Assembly (NCBI RefSeq): GCF_009834535.1
Contig: NC_045697.1
Location: 103,046,001 to 103,106,000, forward strand
Reading direction: 5' to 3'
DNA from: Camelus ferus
Lineage: Eukaryota
DNA: 60,000 nucleotides
Made by a program: the position numbers and the translations under genes. The notes under the pieces were generated by a model. That model was not told where the DNA came from, did not search any database, and worked only from the letters and a program-made list of their open reading frames with translations. Positions 54,336 through 60,000 of the stretch are shown piece after piece (position 1 is the stretch's first letter; each line of letters begins with the position of its first letter).

Positions 54336-57300
54336 TATTGAAGCATCACCTTTTCAGTGTGGCCTCCCCAGTGTCTGTCTCCGGCGGTGTTGGGTGCCCC
54401 CCTGCTATTCTCCTGGAGCGCCACTCTCGACATCCTCCCATTTTAAGCAATAAAGATTTCCAGTGTAATTTTCTCATCGTCTTCCCCCACTCTACCGGTC
54501 GCTGTTTGCTGACAGGAGAGTGTCTTATTTATCTTAGGATTCCCACCAGGCTTGGAATATAACAAGCCTTCAGTAAATGCTTGTCTGAAGGAAAGAATGA
54601 ATTCACCAAGAGCTTCGTTAAATGCTTCTTGCTGGAGGAAACTGGTATCCCAGAAACTGATTGTTACCCTTGGAGAGCTGACCATGAGTCACTTTTCCCA
54701 CGGGGAAGGCTCCCTCTGAGTCTGAGTGTGAGATCTGGACTTTCCTTCCTTGGGATTCCTATGTTCTACCTCTTTTGAATATTGTTTACTAAAAACATAC
54801 ACGAAGGCAAGTGAATATGTATGTATGTTAAATTCAATAAGCTTTTGTGGAGGGTATTTGTGATCATGGCACTAGAATGGGGTTTCCAAGCTGTAGCCCA
54901 GCCTGGCTCACACCTGAGCTGAGGGAGCCCAGCAGACAGTCACATTGGAGAGAGCTTGAGGGACCAGGGAGAACACTGAGCCCCAGGCCCGCAGATGGTC
55001 CGTGCATTTGGGCTTTACGAGTGAGGCGATGAACTCCTGAAACTGCATAGAAATGTTCTGCGTATGCACCAAGGTGTATTTTCCCTGGAAGGGTGTCTTT
55101 TCCCTGGGGGTGGATGGACCTGTAGCTTTCACTAAATTTTCAGAACCACCTGTGACCAACAAAAGGTTAAGATATAACCCACTGTCAACTCCTCTCCCTT
55201 TATGAAGAAAACTGAAGCCTGAGCCCTTGGGTAATTTGTCCAAGGCCTCACCGCACCTTTGTGTCATAGCTGTGTCTAGAACCCAGTCTCCAGCGGTCCT
55301 CCCACTCCTTAGCCACGTCATCATCCATCAGAGAGGCCCGATGCTCTGCCAGTTTCCCTAGCAAGGCTTCTTAAACTGATGGCAGGATTCCATTTGTCCT
55401 AAATTAAATATGGTATCAAAGGGTACCACTTTAAAACTAGGGGTTAATAATACGCGTATTACATTTGATCTCTGTTTTACACCAGGATTCTGCAACTGTC
55501 CTTCGGTGAAGTGCAATTTGGTTCCCCCATTTTTCCCCCACATACTTTGGAGACACTTTTAAAATTTCATTTAAGTTTGTCCTACAGGTCAGAAATCAAA
55601 TTTTGTAATAAAATTACTGAGCTGTGTTTGAGCTTTTAAAATTGCAGTCTCATAGGCTCTTCGTTTCTAAAATCATGATGGCTTGCTTTATTTATACATG
55701 AGCCAAGTTATTTAACTCTTTTAAAAGGACTGTGCATTTTATTACTTTGTTTTCTCTGATGGAAGTGATCATCAGAAGTTCCCTGGAAAAGTTTCGCCTC
55801 GACTCCATTTTTATGCTTTTAGAAAGAGGAGCATCATGGTTCTTTGATTGTAGATGGTTAAAAAAAAAAAAAAAAAGAAAAAGAGGTTCTGTGTTTGTTC
55901 CTCACGGAATGGGACCTTCTTTAGAATTACTGCCTCTGTGCAGTTGCTGTCGAAAGTGACAAGAGAAACCTATTGCCATGTGCCCATTTTCTTGGCTTTT
56001 AAATAATATTAAAGAACAGGAGATTCTTCCCAGGTTGCACATCTGCCTGTGGTGATTCTATTTAAAGCTTGGAATTATTGCTGAAAAAGCCTCACTCAGA
56101 GTGCTCAAATCAATTGGGGGAGGGAGAGAGGGAGAAAAAGCTCCCAGTTGCAGAAAACTTCAATGAGATACATCGTTATCATTCTGAAACCCCTATCTTT
56201 CCTCTCCAGGGATTCCTGAAAAAGACTAGATGGTCCAGAAGATGAAAGCCAGAAGGAAAATGATGGGAACCTGATGTAAAATTGGAGAAATAAAGCCTTA
56301 GCATTGCAAACCTAGGAGGGAGAGCTGCGTATACATTGCAAACAGAACAGAACGCAGTAGAGCAGGAGGGGGACCCTGCAAGCCCAGGTCAGGGGCAAAG
56401 TACCCCAAGGCAGGAGAGAAACACGAGCAGAATTCAGGGCTGACAGCAAAAAGAAGAAAAGGAGAAGACTGTTGTCTGCCCCCTACTCCCTGTCCCCCAT
56501 GTTACCCCTACCCACAAAGAGACTCCAGGTGACCACGTGCTGTCTTGCTTGTTTCCAAGCCCCTGTTGCAAGCTTCTTCCTCCAGCCTCTCATCATTCAT
56601 TCATGCATGCAGGCATTTACCCAGAAAACATTTACTGAGAGTGGCTTCTGGCAGGAGACAAGATTTCTTCTAGCCTTGGGGCAGGGCTGCCAGGAAATTG
56701 CAAAGAGGAAGTAAAACCTGGGACAGTTCCAAGGAGAGCCTTATTCACCTGCAGTGTGGGGTGACACTCTAATAGAATTGGGGTCACTGGCACAATGGTC
56801 CCCTCTCCCCAGGTTCCTTCACCCTGTAGTCACGTCTCAGTTTCATCTAAGCTGACTGTCCGTGTGAGCAGCCAAAAGGCAGATGGGCTGAGAAGACGGG
56901 TGATTGGAGAAACACATCTGATACTGATTAGGGGTCAGATGCTATGTTATGACCACATTATACTTGACTTCTTCTCTGGTATTCTTCCCCAATCTCCAAG
57001 CCAGTTATGTGCACGACCATGCTGAATGTTAGCCCCCCATCAAGAATCTTGGTGGGGGGGGGGCTTCATTGAGGACACGAGCAATCGAAGGCTGGGTGGT
57101 AATCCTGGATTTCTGTTGTAAATAATATGATTAACACAACGCTCTCTTGTGTCTAAAATCTTTCACAGATCTCACACTGCCTGTTGTTTTTGTCTGAGAT
57201 TTTGTTTACAAATACAATTGCTTAAATTTTTTATAAAGGCAACAGGCACATGATTAATGAACCATCAAACAGTATGGAGGATTTGCCATCGTGAAACAAC

Positions 57301-58637
57301 TCTCCTGGACTCTGCTCTCACCTTTCTTCATTTTGCTGCCTAGACGCAACCATTGTTCATCCGTTGTTTTCTTTTGGTTGTCATCTTCACAGCTCTGAAT
57401 AATAAGGCTTCTACGTCTATTGCTTGATGTATCAATTCTAGACCTCGTTTATTGATTCCCTCCTGTGATAGAGGATTTAGCTCATCTACGTGGCTCCCAC
57501 ATCCCCTTCCCGCCTCCTCCCCGGGTAGTGATTTCCCCATTCTTGTTTCCTTCACCTTGCCCTCAACTTCTCCTCCCAGCCTCGTAACCTGAACCTCTGT
57601 TTGTACAATGTCAAGGTTGATGGCGCTCACACTGTGTTCCTTAAACAGTCAAGTCTCCTGTGATTTGCCCGCAGGTTGATTCTAAATATTTCAAGCCAAT
57701 AAACAGCGTTTACTATCATCACTAAGTAAACTGTGTCTATCTAGAGCCAAGTGGTGAGCCCTGATTCCCCGTCCTCCCCTATGGTTCTAGGGTCGCCACA
57801 GCTGGTGAGCCTCAGTGGAAAACGTTTCCACAGTCAAGTTCAAATGGATTCTCCTTTTCTGTGTTCTACCATGTAATCAAAATAACACTGAATTTTAGTT
57901 TGCTTTTCACTTGGCCCATAACTTTCTGATGATGGGACTTTTTGTTTTTCTTGGGGGTCTCTGATTCCTTTCCTTCTTTTTGCCTTTACCTGTGTGTAAT
58001 GAGGTTTTGGGTATGTCAGCTTGTCTAGGCTAGGGTCCTGGTATTTCAGCTCTAATCTAGGTGTTTGCTGTGAAGGGATTTTGAAGATATAATTAAAGTC
58101 CCCAATCAGTTGATTCTAACTACGGGAGATTAAAGGGAAAGGGGGCTTGCTGACCAAGTCTGAGAGACAAGTGAAGGTTTCTGTGAGGGACTGACTCACA
58201 AGTAGTGTAAGTTTCAATAAATGCCGTTGTATATTTTATAAACATATATATGTATTATATTAATATGTATATCATTATTGCGTATATCGATTTCATCAAA
58301 CATACATGACATGAGAGATGATAGAGTAGAGGTGCTGGTCGGGAGGCGTGGAGGCTGGGGGTCATTTAATGTCAGCTTTGCCAACAGATGGCCATATGGC
58401 CTTGGGCAGCTCAACCTAGCTTCCCTGGCAGGAGTTTTCCGTCTGTACAATGAAGGAGTTGGATGAACTGTAAGGTCATTTCCAGATCTAAAAGTCTCTC
58501 ACAGTTTGTGTGTTTTCATTAAAAGTCTTGTCTCTCTTCAGTGTCTTGACTTGAGAAATAATTCTGCTCTAGTCATGTGTATATATTTTCTTATCCTAAG
58601 AAAGGATCACTTATTCAAGAAATATTTGGGGGTACTT

Positions 58638-58641
<4 letters not shown>

Positions 58642-58673
<32 letters not shown>
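58642..58673 (+). repeat. (TG)16 microsatellite
   Basis: Read directly. Confidence 0.95.
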
Positions 58674-58678
<5 letters not shown>

Positions 58679-60000
58679 AGAGGAGAGAGAAAAGGGAAGT
58701 GAACCAAGGACATGAGCATAAGGTGGGTCATTTTAAGTGAAAATACAAATATGTTTCTATGCTGACAAATACAAACTTTCATGTTTCCAGGAGATGTGTT
58801 GACTGAAGAACAGGGTTTCACTCAACAGTTACTTTTGGAGCATTAGTTAAGTATTCCTTTGGGACTTTTTCAGTTGGGGCTTTTTAAATGAATCCTGGCT
58901 TCATTTTAAATTGTGAAGATTTCTAAAATGTTAGCATGAACAACTGCTCTGGAAATCTTATCGGAAACTGTATGGAAGTTTGTGTGTGCACAAAGATCTA
59001 TTTTCTAAGTCCATAGACATACCCTTGGGCATGGCCAGAGGGATTTGGAACATTGAAAGGGGAAAGTTATATGTGATGAATAAACCAGAATAGATTTTAG
59101 AATTAAGCTGGCTCTGTTTTTTGAAGTGTGTGAATTTTAATCCTTTGTCTACTAGGTTGTGCTTATCCTTACAGGTGATTAGAAATGCCTGTGGTTTAGG
59201 AACAGTACTATCTCCAGGAGAATCAATTGCCTCATATATTTTAACCATAAAGATATAACTTTCATTTTAAGTTTAATTTAATTTCAAGGTATCCTTGATT
59301 ATGTTCATAATTTTACTGTTTCTCAACATTTTACATCAACTGGATTTCAATTAAAAAGCAACCGACCAACCAACCCATTTACAATACGGACAGAAGAACT
59401 GAATAGACATTCTTCCAAAAGGAGAAATGCAGATGGCCAACAGGAAGATGAATTTCTACTTGTGTGTAAACCCTCTTGACTTCAGAGCTTCTAGCTGGTG
59501 GCCAGCTTGGTCCTCAAATTTGAGGGAACTTGTTATGTCACCAGCAGAGCGGTCCCTCTCCTGGGGACAGAATGGGAACTCAGGTGTGGTTTAGCTACAC
59601 TCACAGGAAATGTTGCTCTTCCGTGACTTCTTCAGGTGATATTGAGGCAGAGAAAAGAGGAGACGTAGCTGACAAGATGAGGAGGAACTTCACTGGGATC
59701 ACTGAAAAAAGCCAAGAGAGAAATGGCCCCCTTTCACGGACACATTCTTTCCTTCCTGAAAAACAGTGCTTTGCCAGCAGATCGCAGCCCTCCATCCCTT
59801 TTGATCTCCGAGGGCCTTTGAAATCTGAACATGGTTATAAATAGGCTTTGGGTGGCACATGGAAATACTTAGGTGGCATCAGCTTTGGAAAAATGCTGGC
59901 GTTCCCTACAGATTTCAATTCAAAAGCCAAATTCCCTTCCTGGAAGAGGCTTTGTCTTTTCCCTTTTTCTATATTGAACTTCGTGTTTCAGTCGCTAACC

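Noticed and set aside
41520..60000. A downstream gene (MMAA follows SMAD1 in human)
   Set aside because: No recognisable coding exon or promoter CpG island; the ORFs are repeat-derived or random.

Overview
Mammalian genomic DNA, most likely from a camelid, inferred from ten copies of a tRNA-derived SINE of the Vic-1 type. The + strand carries the last five coding exons of SMAD1 (24771-25028, 27515-27631, 31157-31378, 36841-37097, 40137-40280). They encode the linker with PXSP and PPAY motifs, the MH2 domain and the C-terminal SSVS. A ~1.2 kb 3'UTR ends at AATAAA 41466-41471. The first 24.8 kb is intron (the MH1 exon is upstream of the window), and the last ~18.5 kb looks intergenic. The rest is mostly transposable-element relics (old and young L1, L2, MIR, MLT, MER5/20/58, Tigger, SINEs) and microsatellites. 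I found no evidence of a new multi-gene system. The best leads are splicing and RNA-processing signals in SMAD1: an antisense SINE with a mutated-in splice donor that could add an in-frame 10-11 aa exon, a NAGNAG acceptor between the linker phosphosites and the PPAY motif, and routes to SSVS-less isoforms. Repeat family names come from recalled consensus sequences and need RepeatMasker/Dfam confirmation. Repeat boundaries without TSDs are approximate.
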